Assembly (NCBI GenBank): GCA_043803815.1
Contig: JAZDJR010000014.1
Span: forward strand, 26,822 to 90,821
Length of the DNA stretch: 64,000 bases
Direction of reading: 5' to 3'
Source of the DNA: Candidatus Micrarchaeota archaeon
GTDB lineage: Archaea > Iainarchaeota > Iainarchaeia > Iainarchaeales > JAGVWC01
Shown here piece by piece: positions 27,488 to 38,348 of the stretch. A program made the translations under genes and the position numbers. Position 1 is the first letter of the stretch. Every line of letters begins with the position of its first letter. The notes below the pieces were generated by a model. It saw only the letters and a program-made list of their open reading frames with translations, was not told the DNA's origin and did not search any database.

Positions 27488-27566
27488 AAAATCGAATAAT
27501 CCAGCGAAAATTCTTTTATCGGTCTATTTTTTGTTGGACTCCGCAAAACTAAATAAAAAAAGCTTT

Positions 27567-27651
27567 TGCAGGAGGGCGGATTCGAACCGCCGAAAGGCAC
27601 TAAGCCGGTAGCCCCTGGAGCTACTGGAATTGACCGCTATCCGACTCCTGC
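27567..27651 (-). tRNA. tRNA-Leu (CAG), class II with a 16-nt variable arm
   Basis: Acceptor gcaggag/ctcctgc, A73, anticodon stem gtagc/gctac with loop ucCAGgg, variable-arm hairpin ggc-ttagt-gcc, T-arm ggcgg-ttcgaat-ccgcc. Confidence 0.7.
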
Positions 27652-27707
27652 GGTATGTGAAATACCGGCCAAAAACCCTTAAATACCGCATATTCCTTTG
27701 AATTAGC

Positions 27708-28862
27708 ATGGAAGCCCAAAACCAAAAAGCGCCGATATTCGGTTTTTTGGCGTTTTTGTTCTCTTTTTTGGCGGCGTTTTTGTTTTTCAATGTCGGCTTG
27801 TCCACCAACGATTTTTTTTCCTTCAGTTTTTCCGGCAAAATCGCCAAAATCCTTTCGGTTAATTTTGCCTTGTTTTTATTGTCGGTTCCCTTGCTGGGCG
27901 TTTTGGCCAGCGCGGCAAGTTTTTGGATTGAAAAAAAAATCGCGTGGCTTTCTTTGGGAATCGGAAGCGCCGTCGGATTGGGATTGTCAGTCGTTGTTTT
28001 TCCGAGTTTGGCGGATTTTTTTTGGGTCGGGGTTTTTTTCGTAATCGGCGTTTTGGTTTCAATCCAGCAAGTGTACATGAAAAAAGACGAGTTAAAGCAC
28101 TGGATAACGTTTCGCCTGGCCAAAATAGGAGTGCAACGGCATTTGGCTTTGGTTGCCGTCGGCTTAATCCTGTTTTCCGCGGCGACCATTTTGCCGCAAA
28201 AAAGCATGTTTGCCGAAAAGTTTGAAAACGATTTGGCGGATACCATTTTTTCGGGCAATTCGACCGGAAACCTCAAAACCCAGCTGTCCGATTCGCTTGC
28301 GGAAACGTCCGTTCAAAGCCAGCGCCAATTGCTCAACCAGCTTGTTTTGCTTCCGCAGTACACCGCGCTTCGCGATGACATGCAAAACACCAAAACCCAG
28401 GCGTTTGTTTCCGTCATGGGGCAATTGCAGTCCACAGTGAATTCGGATTCCTACAAAAAAACAATTCAGGACCAAATCGAACAGCAAACCGCAGGCGTCA
28501 CCGTGAATCCTGCCGAAGTATTCAACAAAGTCAAGGAAAACTTTCCGCTGTTTACGGCTTTCGGGGAATGGCTATGGCTCATTTTCGGCGTCGGCTTGGC
28601 CAGCATGTTCTTGTTTTTTTCCTCGTTTATTTTAGCTCCATTGGGAATGGTTTACGGTTTTTTGCTGAACAAAATTTTTAAAACCGCGTGGAAACCGCAG
28701 GCCGTTTCGGCTTCTCCGCAAGCGGTTTTTGCGGCGCCCCTTGCGGCTCCCGAAACCCCAAAGCCCGTTTCGCCAGCTTATTCGTCGTCGATTTCACCGG
28801 ACGAAATGCAAAAACTAAAAGACGAACTCAAAAAACAGCTGGAACAAAGCCGGCCGATTTGA
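27708..28862 (+). CDS. Polytopic membrane protein, function unknown
   Basis: Four to five N-terminal TMs, a soluble Q/S-rich middle, and a C-terminal TM pair. Confidence 0.45.
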   Translation: MEAQNQKAPIFGFLAFLFSFLAAFLFFNVGLSTNDFFSFSFSGKIAKILSVNFALFLLSVPLLGVLASAASFWIEKKIAWLSLGIGSAVGLGLSVVVFPSLADFFWVGVFFVIGVLVSIQQVYMKKDELKHWITFRLAKIGVQRHLALVAVGLILFSAATILPQKSMFAEKFENDLADTIFSGNSTGNLKTQLSDSLAETSVQSQRQLLNQLVLLPQYTALRDDMQNTKTQAFVSVMGQLQSTVNSDSYKKTIQDQIEQQTAGVTVNPAEVFNKVKENFPLFTAFGEWLWLIFGVGLASMFLFFSSFILAPLGMVYGFLLNKIFKTAWKPQAVSASPQAVFAAPLAAPETPKPVSPAYSSSISPDEMQKLKDELKKQLEQSRPI

Positions 28863-28867
28863 GTTTT

Positions 28868-29461
28868 TCAGATTAAACCCAGTACGCAGCAAAGCTGGTC
28901 AATGCAATCCTCTGCTTGCGCATAAACCGATTCGTTGGGCAGGCAGCTATTCCGGCAAAACCCGCCGTTAGAAGAACAATACGCCGGGTCGCAGGCACCG
29001 CAATCGTCCGGGCAATTCGCGCAGGTTTCGGGATTTTCGCAGAGCTCGTTTCCGCAAAACGAACTCGTGGAGTTTGAATCGCCGTTGAAATCCGAGCCTG
29101 TTAAAGAATCGTCATTTTCGGAAGAATCCGGAACGGAAGAGCCGTTCGCCATTCCTGCTAAACCGTCTCTTCCCGAATCTCCGGCAATGCCGTTTTGGTT
29201 TTCGGTATTTTGATTGGGCGCGGGGTTTGCCGGATTGGAATTTGGGTTGGTGCCTGAATCCGCCGCATCGGCTAAATCCGTATCGGATTGGCCGGCATCC
29301 TGATTGGAAGAACCCTTATCCTGATTGACATTGAAAAACGATTTTGGGGAATTTGGATTTCCCATAATCAAAAAAACTCCCGCAGTCAAAAAAACGGCAA
29401 TTAAAACAACCATTGCCAAAAAAGGAACCGAAAAAATGCGCTTTTTGATTTCAGGGTCCAT
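28868..29461 (-). CDS. Secreted low-complexity protein with C-terminal Cys-rich module
   Basis: N-terminal TM/signal, an N/D/S/G-rich disordered region, and 12 Cys in the last 60 aa. Confidence 0.4.
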   Translation of the reverse strand: MDPEIKKRIFSVPFLAMVVLIAVFLTAGVFLIMGNPNSPKSFFNVNQDKGSSNQDAGQSDTDLADAADSGTNPNSNPANPAPNQNTENQNGIAGDSGRDGLAGMANGSSVPDSSENDDSLTGSDFNGDSNSTSSFCGNELCENPETCANCPDDCGACDPAYCSSNGGFCRNSCLPNESVYAQAEDCIDQLCCVLGLI

Positions 29462-29508
29462 GCAACCAAAACGAAAACGGTTTATTTAACGGTTTGCCCA
29501 AAACCGCT

Positions 29509-29811
29509 TTATTCGACCAATTTGAAACGCGGAGTATCTTTTATGGGCATTTCCAGCCAGCTGTCCAAATCCCGCACAAAAAGAACGTCGGGATTGGCGA
29601 TGTCATGGTAAATAACGCACACCTTATCGGTCGCTTCCTGGGTTCCTAATGCAACGACTTTGACCAAATGTTTCGGGTTTTTGTAATGGGAATAAGTCCC
29701 GCCGACTTTTACCCGTTTTTTGGCGGCAACCAATTCCTTTTCAATTGCCGAATAGCTTTTGTGCGCCATAGGTTTTCCATCTATACCCCTAACAGAACAA
29801 TAAAAATCCAT
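29509..29811 (-). CDS. DUF1653-like small protein
   Basis: GGTYSHYKNPKHLVKVVALGTQEATDKVCVIYHDI pattern typical of the DUF1653 family. Confidence 0.5.
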   Translation of the reverse strand: MDFYCSVRGIDGKPMAHKSYSAIEKELVAAKKRVKVGGTYSHYKNPKHLVKVVALGTQEATDKVCVIYHDIANPDVLFVRDLDSWLEMPIKDTPRFKLVE

Positions 29812-29831
29812 TAGGCGGATTCGGTTTTTTT

Positions 29832-32276
29832 TTATTGGAATGCCCCAAGCCCGGTTTGTTTTCCCCCGTGAATCAGGTCTTCTTTTTTCACTCCAAGTTC
29901 GCTTAAGATTTTGATGACCGCGGGAATTACCTGGTTTTCGATGTAATAGTCCGCGTCGTAGTTTCCTTCACTGACGAATTCTTCCAGGTTGGCTTTGTCG
30001 GAAATCGTTTTTCCGTTTTTGGTGATGATATAGCCTAAGACCGAGCCGACTTCGATTTGTTTTCCTTTTTCCATTGCGCGCTTGGCGGCTTCAATGTGCG
30101 GCTCTTTGGCGTCGTACTGGTCCACGGGTTTTACCAGCTGCGTCAGCACGACCAGTTCTTTTTTCGGGACTTTGCCGGATTTGAGCTCTAAAATGGCCTG
30201 CTTGGCAATGGCAATGGCTTTGTCGGAATTTCCGTCTTTGAGCAATGCCTCGATGACTTTTTTTTGGGTTTGCTTGGCAATGTTGCTCCAGTCGCGGCGG
30301 ACATATTCAAACCCCACGATTTTGAGGTTATCCTTGTAATCCATCAAGGCATAGCGTTTTTTGGCGGCCTGGCCTTCTTTTTTCGCGACAAAAATTGCTC
30401 GCTTGTAAAAACCCTCTAGTTCCAATTCCATCGATTCCGGCAATTCGGAATTAATTTTTTTAACAAAATTTTTTACATCCTCTTGGGTTTTGGAAGAGGA
30501 AACTTTGATGAAGCATCCGTCGGTGTCCCCGTATAAAACCGCGAATCCGCTGCTTTCCGCCTTGTGCATGACTTCGCGGATATAATGCCTGCTCCAGGAC
30601 GTAATCGCGCGGGCGCATTCGCGCGAATACCAGCGAAAGCGCGCAAAGCCAAGGGTTCCGTAAAACGAATTCAGAATGATTTTTAAGGCCCATTGGCGGG
30701 CAAACACCATCGGGTATTCGGAGTCTTTTTTGTCGAGTAATTGCGAGCGTTTTTTGTATTCCGAGCGCTTTTTGAGCAGGTCCGAAACGATTGAAACGAT
30801 AAATCCGGATTTTTTTTCGCAGAACCAGTCCTGGTCGGGAGAAACGTTTTTTCCTTTGGCACAAGACTCGTGGTCGCACTTTAGGGTGTCGGGCGAGATG
30901 TTGTGCGCGATAATGATGCTTGGGTGAAGGGAGCGAAAGTCGAGCACCGCGATGTTCTCGTGCAATCCCGCAATGGGCTCTTTGACAAAGCCGCCGATGT
31001 ACGTGGACAGCATGCGCTGCTTGACAACGGTTTCGGACGGCTTGTTTGGGGAAAGCGTCTGGGTTTCGCTTGATTTGATAAACAGCAATTGCTCGACCAA
31101 TTGGGACGCGCTCGTGCGCGACAAGTCAAACAGGTTAAAGCGCACCAAACGGCAAAACTCGACCATTAGCGGCCAGTATTGTTCCACGATTTTTAAGGTG
31201 TACGCGGAGTCTTCCAGGTTATAGGTGAACAGTTCGTCAAGCCCTTTTTCCGAGTCCCAGATTTGGTTGATTTCGTGGGCTTTTATTTTTGTTTTATCGG
31301 CTTTGAACAGGGCATTGGCAACGGATTCCAGGTCAAACTTGACCAGGCTGACTACTCCAAGGCGCGAAAGCAAAAGCAATAACTGATAGGCGTCCACGTG
31401 CTGGATTCCTTTTAACCGCACCGCGTTGTCCGTTCCTTTGCGCTTGGTAATCGGTTCGGAATTTTCAAACCCCATGGGAGAACGGATATTGTAGTATTTG
31501 GCGCGCTTGGTCAGGTAGGGAAAATCGAACGAGTCGCCGTTATACGTGACAATGATGTCCAAATCCAGTTTTGAAAGCGCTTCAAAAAAACCCAAAATCA
31601 TTTCTTTTTCATTTTCAAATATGCGCGCATTTTTGTTTTTTTTCCACTGGGCTTTGGTAGAAAACACAAGGGTTTCTTTTTGCGAAACCAAACTAATCAT
31701 CAAAATAGGGTCTTTTTCAGGCTGGGAAAATCGCCCCGGAGAATACGTTTCAAGGTCAAAGGAAGCCATGGAAAGCGTCGGCATTTCCTGAATTTTGGAC
31801 TGAAAAATTTTTTGAATCCATTTTGTTTTTTCTTTTCTTTTTTCCTCGTATTCGATTTCAACCGCGCTGGTCGGCGACAATCCGCGGTCAATCAGGTAAC
31901 GCTTGAAAAACGGAATGTCGTACTCGGCGGTTTTGAGTTCGTTCCAGTTGTGCAGTTCATTTCGCGTTTCCACTAATTCGCCGGTGTTTTTGAATTCCAA
32001 TCGCAAGGCGTTTTCCGCGTTGGTTTTTTTTTCTTTTGAAATTGACTGGATGCGGACCCTTGTTTCTCCGAAGGTTGCGTTTTTGAGTTTTTCAACCAGT
32101 TTTTCAGGGTCTATTTTTTCGGTTTGCACGGGAACAACGTAAAAATACGGGGCAAAATCGGGAACCAAAAACCGTTCCAATCCGTTTTTGGTGCGGACAA
32201 ACAATTCGATTCGCGAAACATTGTCCGAACCCGTTACGTAATCCGCGTCCAGTAATACTCCGGTTGTTTTGGGCAT
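29832..32276 (-). CDS. polB: Family B DNA polymerase (no intein)
   Basis: Exo motifs (FDLET, YNGDSFDFPYL), Pol motifs SLHPSII (region II) and YGDTDG (motif C). Start set at MPKTTGVLLDADYV; the ORF track extends 43 codons upstream. Confidence 0.9.
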   Translation of the reverse strand: MPKTTGVLLDADYVTGSDNVSRIELFVRTKNGLERFLVPDFAPYFYVVPVQTEKIDPEKLVEKLKNATFGETRVRIQSISKEKKTNAENALRLEFKNTGELVETRNELHNWNELKTAEYDIPFFKRYLIDRGLSPTSAVEIEYEEKRKEKTKWIQKIFQSKIQEMPTLSMASFDLETYSPGRFSQPEKDPILMISLVSQKETLVFSTKAQWKKNKNARIFENEKEMILGFFEALSKLDLDIIVTYNGDSFDFPYLTKRAKYYNIRSPMGFENSEPITKRKGTDNAVRLKGIQHVDAYQLLLLLSRLGVVSLVKFDLESVANALFKADKTKIKAHEINQIWDSEKGLDELFTYNLEDSAYTLKIVEQYWPLMVEFCRLVRFNLFDLSRTSASQLVEQLLFIKSSETQTLSPNKPSETVVKQRMLSTYIGGFVKEPIAGLHENIAVLDFRSLHPSIIIAHNISPDTLKCDHESCAKGKNVSPDQDWFCEKKSGFIVSIVSDLLKKRSEYKKRSQLLDKKDSEYPMVFARQWALKIILNSFYGTLGFARFRWYSRECARAITSWSRHYIREVMHKAESSGFAVLYGDTDGCFIKVSSSKTQEDVKNFVKKINSELPESMELELEGFYKRAIFVAKKEGQAAKKRYALMDYKDNLKIVGFEYVRRDWSNIAKQTQKKVIEALLKDGNSDKAIAIAKQAILELKSGKVPKKELVVLTQLVKPVDQYDAKEPHIEAAKRAMEKGKQIEVGSVLGYIITKNGKTISDKANLEEFVSEGNYDADYYIENQVIPAVIKILSELGVKKEDLIHGGKQTGLGAFQ

Positions 32277-32545
32277 AAATGCTCTTTTTGTAATAAGGCA
32301 AGATTCCTTATTTAAGGGCAATAGGGCTCTTGGGGGTTGCCGGGTTTGGATTGGGTTGTTCCGCGAGGAAACGGTATACCGGAATCGTGCAGTCCATGAA
32401 TTCAAGTGAAAATGGGCTTTTCACCAAAGATTCAGTTCCACGAGGGCTTCATGAATACTCGCCATGTCCAAACAACCCCAAATCGATTATACGTTAATTA
32501 TAATTAACACAGATTTATCTAGTTTGGGCTTTTTTAGCCGAGGCG

Positions 32546-35500
32546 TTACGGTGCCGTGTTCCCCTGTTCGTCGGTTTTGAGTATCCAAAAGTCGGTGTTG
32601 TTGCTTGTAATAGATTTTTGGCTGGCTATGATGTATCCGTTGTCATTGGTGTTTTGGACGCTCATGCCGTAGTCCGTATAACTTCCGCCGTAGTTTTTGT
32701 TCCAATCCATGTTTCCGAGGGAATTGGTTTTAATGAGCCATAAGTCGGTTCCGTTTCCGCTTTTTTGGCCGGTTAGGATGTATCCGTTGTCGGGGGTTTG
32801 TTGGACAAAGTAGGCTCGGTTGTCTCCGCTGGTTCCGAATGTTTTCTGCCATTGTTGGTTTCCGGTTGAGTCGGTTTTGATTAGCCATGCAGCCCCCTGT
32901 CCGCCGCCTAATCCGAATACCGCTGCGAGAACGTAACCGCCGTCGGTTGTGGTGTCAACGGAGTACGCGATTTCGCTCATGCTTGTGGTTCCGAATGTTT
33001 TTTCCCATTGGAAAACGCCTTGTAAATTGATTTTTACGAGCCAGGCATCAACCATATTTTGGGTGGTGTCGCCTGAAATAATGTATCCGTTTGGGGTTGC
33101 CTTGATTTGGGTTCCTTCGTTATCCCCGCTTCGGCTTAGGCGCAATGCAAAAGTATGGTTGTTGGTGTCGGTGCAGTTTCCGGTTGTTCCATAGTTGCAC
33201 GTGTTTCCTTGGGAATTGGTTTTGATTATCCATAAGTCAGAGCCTTGGCTTCCGAATGATTTGGTGAATCCTGCCAGGATGTATCCTCCGTCGCTGGTTT
33301 TTTGGATTGATTTGAATCGGTCGTCGCCTGTTCCGCCGAATGTTTTTTGCCATTGTTGGTTTCCAAATGAATCGGTTTTGACGAGCCATGCGTCGAAGTT
33401 TCCTGCTCCGCTGGATTTGGTGTAGCCTGCCAATAAGTATCCGTTGTCATTGGTTTGTACGAGTTCTTCCGCGTAATCATATTGGGTTCCGCCGAATGTT
33501 TTGTTCCAGTCCATGGTTCCGTTTGGTTGCAGTTTGATTAGCCAGGCGTCCACGTCAGCGTCGTTCGGTTGGGTGGTTCCAATCGCAATGTATCCAAAGT
33601 CGGCTGTTTGTTGGGCGAAATATGCCCTGTCCGGTTTTGAACCGCCAAAGGTTACATTGAATGTTGGCGTTGGTGGTGCTTGGGTTTCTTCGCAGTCGTA
33701 ACAGCCGGTTAATTGTTTGTCGTGGTGGAAGCGCGGCCACTGCTGGTTTTCTGAAACAAAGGGAGAATCCGTGTCCCAGACATATAGCGAACCGCGGAAT
33801 TTGTCCATGTGGGTTTGAGGGTTATAATCCCAGTTCGAACTGGCGGCGATTTCCACTTTCGAATCGCGGTCCAAGTCGACGATGACTGCCGGTGCTTGCG
33901 CGTCGACATCGGTAAACAAGGGAAACCCATCAAGTGTTTCGCCGGTGAATGTCCAACCGTAGACTCCTCCGCCTCCAAAAGTCCAACTGCCCGCGGTGGT
34001 GGCCAAGGCCTTATTTCCTTGGTTAAGGCTTCCAACTACGGGGGAGTAATAGTCCCTCCAAGAAGTGTATTTGGGCCAGCCGGGTAGGGTTTCGCCGTTC
34101 GAGTTGAAAATATGCGTATATTGGGAAAGGTTGCTTGCGACGATTTCCAAATGGCGGTCCCCATCGAGGTCAAACAATGCTGGAGTGGACTGGTATTTTT
34201 TTCCCATTTGTTGTGGCCATCCCGGCAGTTCCTGGCCTTGGCGGTTGAAAGCATGGATTCCCCCGAATTGGTTGTCGGGGAAAGTGTCGGAATTGTACAA
34301 GAGTCCGATGATGATTTCCTGCATTCCGTCGTTTTGCAAATCGCCAACTACAGGAGAGGAAAGCGCGAATCCCGGCAGGGTTATAGGCCAGCCGTTCACA
34401 GGAGTTCCATTGCGGTTGTAGACTCCCAGTATTCCGTTGTTTACCCATTGCTGACCGTCGAAGAAGCTGTCCGCAGTACTCACCACGATTTCGAGGTCGG
34501 GATCGTCATCAAAATTTCCCATGGCGGGAACCCCGCTTATGCTGCCAAACAAATTGGAATGTGGTAAACCCCATTGGGAAAGAATGGTTCCAGTGGAGGA
34601 AAGTACAGTGACCAGTTCATTGCCGTAAGGATTTAAATTTCCCTTGACGATTATTTCGATACTTCCGTCGCGGTCCAAATCCGCGGCTGCAAGGTTGTTC
34701 TTATAATCAAAGGGCAAAGTCATTGGCCAGCCATTGACCAACGTACCGTCGCTGTTGAAAGCGAAGATTTTGGAATACGCTTGCTCGGGTTGTATATAAT
34801 CGTCATAATAGTCACCGACCACGAGTTCATCCAAGCCGTCGTTATCCAAATCGATTAGGAGCGGGTGTTGGAGATTGCTGCCCTGGCCATCATTGGTTCC
34901 CACAGAGATGACGGAAAGTAACGTGCCGCTTTCATTGAAAATTTTGATTTTTGGGGGGTGTCCACCTGTGTAAACGGCGTATTCCAAATTGGCATCGCCG
35001 GTCACATTGCCGATGACTGGTTCTATTAACCCCGGCCAAATCGGGTAGGTTTCACCCCAGTCGGTAAATATTTCATTTGGAATATGGACCGGCCAATTGT
35101 TTTTGAGGGCGGGGTCGCTATACAAATAGTCCAGTTGGAGGGAATCGGTTAACCCGGGCACGAAAGTGATGAGGGCACGGATTTTGACTGTTCCTTTTTC
35201 GGTCATGAATCCGGGGGCAATGGTGGCCGAAAGGTTGGCGGGGTTGGTGGTTACGCTCTGCGAGGTCCAATCGGAGGGAGGTACTTGGTATTGCACGACG
35301 AAGTTTTGGATTTCGAGGTTGTTGGTGTTTTCGATGGCTATTTGTGTTGTCTTGTTGGGGTTTAGGATGTCCCCTTCCATCGGTTCGATGAATTGGAAGC
35401 GCTCGATTTTGAAAATTCCATAATCGTTGAAGGAATTGTTGCTATCTTCGATGGCCTGCAGTCGCAACAAATATCGACCTTGGGGCAGTGTGAGCGTGGA

Positions 35501-37576
35501 AAAATTTTCCATGAGAATACCGTTGGATGGGATTTGGGTGGATTCGGTTATGGTGTCCCAGTCGCTTTCCGAATATTCATTGAGATTTTTTTCGATGGCG
35601 ATAGCCAGCGTATAGCGGGTGAAATCCGTGCCGGCAATCCGACCGGTGATATTGAACGTGTTTTGGTCTTGGGGCAGGGGGTCGAGCTGAACCTCAAGGG
35701 CTTTTTGTAGCCGGACGGCTTGCAAGGCATTTACAAGGCCGGTTCCTTGGGAGGTTATTTTTTCGGAAGCCGGCAGTAGTTCCGCGGTTTTTTTAATCGC
35801 GGTTTTGACTTGCAAAGGCGACCAACCAGGATGCGCCTGTTTTACGAGTGCTGCAAGGCCTGCTGTGTGCGGAGTTGCCATCGAGGTTCCGGAAATCGCG
35901 ACGTGCTGGTCATCCAAGCATTCATTGCTTGACCAAGCGTTGTCCCATTGGGCAGCGCAAATCGAAACTCCCGGAGCCACAATATCGGGTTTTACAAGGG
36001 AAACTGTTTCGTTGTTTTCGTTGGTCCAAATGACTGGTCCGCGTGAACTGAAATAGGCCATGTTTTTTTGTTTGTCAACCGCGCCAACCGTAATGGCGTT
36101 TCTTGCGGTTCCAGGGGAACCAATAGTTTGTTCGCTGGAGCCTGAATTGCCCGCCGCGATTGCGGCAATAACTCCCGCATTGACTGCGTTGTCAATCGCT
36201 TGGCTTAATTCGTCGTCCGGGTTTCCCTCTCCGCCCAGGCTCAAATTGATTACATCCAAATGGTCGCTTGTATCCCCATTCTGGTTGGGGTCTGTGCTGT
36301 ATTCAATGCCATTGAGGATTGCCGAGTAGGGGCAGCTTCCATATGAATCGCATACCTTGTAGGAATATATTGTGGCTTCTGGTGCTACTCCTTTTAGTGT
36401 TCCGTTTCCGGCTGCGGTTGCGGCTACGTGGGTTCCGTGGCCCATGTCATCCATGGGGTCTAAATCATTATTGACAAAATCGTATCCTCCGATTACTTTG
36501 CATCCGGTTCCAAAGCAGCCGCCTAAATCGGGGTGGGTGTAGTCTACTCCGGTGTCGATGATTCCGATTTTGATTCCTTGTCCGGTCAAGCAGTCGTTGG
36601 TTCGAATTGTATTTCTGGGGCAGGCTGTGGCGGGAATTGGTTTGGATGGCAATATGCTGTTGCCGGTTAAGGGGGATTGGTTTTCGGTTTCTGAAATCCC
36701 GGTCGGTGTATTGGATGAGTTTTCGGTCGGTATTTTGGTTGGAATGCATTTGGTGCTGCAGGTTTGTCCTTGGGCGTTTATTTTCCACACGTCATCCGCG
36801 TGGATGAGGGGAACCGAGTCCATGAGGTTGGTGTGGGCAATGTAGTTGGGGGATATTTTGAAAGAATTATTTTTGACAAATTCCAATTGTTCTTTTGGGA
36901 TTTTGACGGCAAACCCGTTGAACACGAGTTTGTACGAGTTTTTGATTTGTACTCCCGCGTATTGGGTTAGGGTTTGGCGTGCTTGGTTTTGCTGGGTTTC
37001 GAGTACCTGTTTGTAAGCGGTTAATTCGCTTGTGATTTGTTCGGACGTTGCCTTGTTTTTTTCAAGTTCAATTTTTTTTTCAATGATTGATGGGCCTAGC
37101 GTGATAATGTATTCGTTTGGAACAACGCTCGCGAGTTTGTCGGTTTTTTGGGTAATTATTTCGCCGGCTTCGACGGTTTGGTTTTTGTAAATTTCTTGTT
37201 GGTTGGCTATGCGGGTAAAATAAGCGCCTTTGGGAAAAACTCCTTTGAGAACGGTTTGGTTTCCGCTTTGTTCGGTCCAATAAACCAGTTCGGGATTTGC
37301 TGAATCGGATTGCAAAGAATTGGGGGGTCGGGAATTGGATTGGGGGTTTTCAACGGGGTTGGGAAGCAATTGGTTGGGGCTTGCAGAACCCGTGTTTTTT
37401 GGGATGGCCTGACCGAATTGTGGAAAGCCGGTCAAAAAGAGGCTGATAATGATTAAAGCGGCCAGTGCAATAATCGTTATTCTCATGAATGGCTGGGATA
37501 ACTGACTTGGCATGGTTTTCAACAAAACCGTGTCTTTCAGTCTTTTTATTCGTTCCTTTTTTGCGTTTTTCCTCAT
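32546..37576 (-). CDS. Giant secreted subtilisin-like (S8) serine protease with FG-GAP repeats and a C-terminal ~45-aa tandem-repeat beta-propeller-like region
   Basis: Signal/TM at the N-terminus. S8 triad blocks GIIDTGVDYTHPDL, HGTHVAATAAG, GTSMATPHTAGLAAL. FG-GAP units (DLDNDGLDELVVG, DLDRDGSIEIIVKG, LDGDRHLEIVAS and others). At least 7 copies of the repeat FGG..D.A..V..T.DGGYILAG.T.S.G....D.WLIKT...GN..W. Confidence 0.8.
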   Translation of the reverse strand: MRKNAKKERIKRLKDTVLLKTMPSQLSQPFMRITIIALAALIIISLFLTGFPQFGQAIPKNTGSASPNQLLPNPVENPQSNSRPPNSLQSDSANPELVYWTEQSGNQTVLKGVFPKGAYFTRIANQQEIYKNQTVEAGEIITQKTDKLASVVPNEYIITLGPSIIEKKIELEKNKATSEQITSELTAYKQVLETQQNQARQTLTQYAGVQIKNSYKLVFNGFAVKIPKEQLEFVKNNSFKISPNYIAHTNLMDSVPLIHADDVWKINAQGQTCSTKCIPTKIPTENSSNTPTGISETENQSPLTGNSILPSKPIPATACPRNTIRTNDCLTGQGIKIGIIDTGVDYTHPDLGGCFGTGCKVIGGYDFVNNDLDPMDDMGHGTHVAATAAGNGTLKGVAPEATIYSYKVCDSYGSCPYSAILNGIEYSTDPNQNGDTSDHLDVINLSLGGEGNPDDELSQAIDNAVNAGVIAAIAAGNSGSSEQTIGSPGTARNAITVGAVDKQKNMAYFSSRGPVIWTNENNETVSLVKPDIVAPGVSICAAQWDNAWSSNECLDDQHVAISGTSMATPHTAGLAALVKQAHPGWSPLQVKTAIKKTAELLPASEKITSQGTGLVNALQAVRLQKALEVQLDPLPQDQNTFNITGRIAGTDFTRYTLAIAIEKNLNEYSESDWDTITESTQIPSNGILMENFSTLTLPQGRYLLRLQAIEDSNNSFNDYGIFKIERFQFIEPMEGDILNPNKTTQIAIENTNNLEIQNFVVQYQVPPSDWTSQSVTTNPANLSATIAPGFMTEKGTVKIRALITFVPGLTDSLQLDYLYSDPALKNNWPVHIPNEIFTDWGETYPIWPGLIEPVIGNVTGDANLEYAVYTGGHPPKIKIFNESGTLLSVISVGTNDGQGSNLQHPLLIDLDNDGLDELVVGDYYDDYIQPEQAYSKIFAFNSDGTLVNGWPMTLPFDYKNNLAAADLDRDGSIEIIVKGNLNPYGNELVTVLSSTGTILSQWGLPHSNLFGSISGVPAMGNFDDDPDLEIVVSTADSFFDGQQWVNNGILGVYNRNGTPVNGWPITLPGFALSSPVVGDLQNDGMQEIIIGLLYNSDTFPDNQFGGIHAFNRQGQELPGWPQQMGKKYQSTPALFDLDGDRHLEIVASNLSQYTHIFNSNGETLPGWPKYTSWRDYYSPVVGSLNQGNKALATTAGSWTFGGGGVYGWTFTGETLDGFPLFTDVDAQAPAVIVDLDRDSKVEIAASSNWDYNPQTHMDKFRGSLYVWDTDSPFVSENQQWPRFHHDKQLTGCYDCEETQAPPTPTFNVTFGGSKPDRAYFAQQTADFGYIAIGTTQPNDADVDAWLIKLQPNGTMDWNKTFGGTQYDYAEELVQTNDNGYLLAGYTKSSGAGNFDAWLVKTDSFGNQQWQKTFGGTGDDRFKSIQKTSDGGYILAGFTKSFGSQGSDLWIIKTNSQGNTCNYGTTGNCTDTNNHTFALRLSRSGDNEGTQIKATPNGYIISGDTTQNMVDAWLVKINLQGVFQWEKTFGTTSMSEIAYSVDTTTDGGYVLAAVFGLGGGQGAAWLIKTDSTGNQQWQKTFGTSGDNRAYFVQQTPDNGYILTGQKSGNGTDLWLIKTNSLGNMDWNKNYGGSYTDYGMSVQNTNDNGYIIASQKSITSNNTDFWILKTDEQGNTAP

Positions 37577-37665
37577 TAAACCGACTTTAATTAAAACGCA
37601 GCGACAATTAAAAAAACGGGGTGTAAAGGGTTTTAAAGTTAAAACGCGTTATTTTAGCGGTTTTT

Positions 37666-38130
37666 ATGGCTCATGAGCGTCCCCAGCAAAAGGTTTCCGG
37701 CCAGCAGGCGATGAACGCGTTTGGCTCGATTCAGGCGGACATTAGGGCCCTTAATTCGTCGGTTTTACTCTTGAGCCAAAAAATGCAGTATTTGGTGCGC
37801 AATGAAAAAATTTTGGGGCGCAATTTGATTGTGCTTTCCAAGCGCTTAAAAGAAAGGGAAACCGAAGGCCTTGAAAAAAGCGGGGGGCAACTGCCGCCCC
37901 AGTTTTTGCAGGAATTTTCAGAGGTTAAAACCAAAGTCGAGTCGCACGAACGCACGTTACTCGAGCTTCAAAACGATGTTGCCGAAATCAAGGACCGCTA
38001 TGCCAAAGCCGATTCCGTCAGCGAACTCAAATATGTGATTGACGCGATTAACCCCTTGGAATTCGTCACCGTAAAACAGGTTCAGGAATTATTGGAAAAA
38101 GAAAAAAGCGCTGTTCAAAAGAAAAAATGA
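37666..38130 (+). CDS. Coiled-coil hypothetical protein
   Basis: 154 aa, heptad-rich, K-rich C-terminus. Confidence 0.4.
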   Translation: MAHERPQQKVSGQQAMNAFGSIQADIRALNSSVLLLSQKMQYLVRNEKILGRNLIVLSKRLKERETEGLEKSGGQLPPQFLQEFSEVKTKVESHERTLLELQNDVAEIKDRYAKADSVSELKYVIDAINPLEFVTVKQVQELLEKEKSAVQKKK

Positions 38131-38348
38131 TTTGTAAAAAATTAACTGTTCAGGATTTTGAATAATTCTTTCTCGCTTAAACAGCGGCCTTTTTTAATTT
38201 CCTGACGAATATTTTCCAGTTCTTCCATCTTCTTTTTGCCAAGTCGAATTATACGCATATTTTTCATTTGAATAACGGCTTAAAAGTTTAAAACTGTTTC
38301 GCGAAAAGCCGGCTATCCGCACCCAATCGCCGCAGGGCTGTTTTTGGT

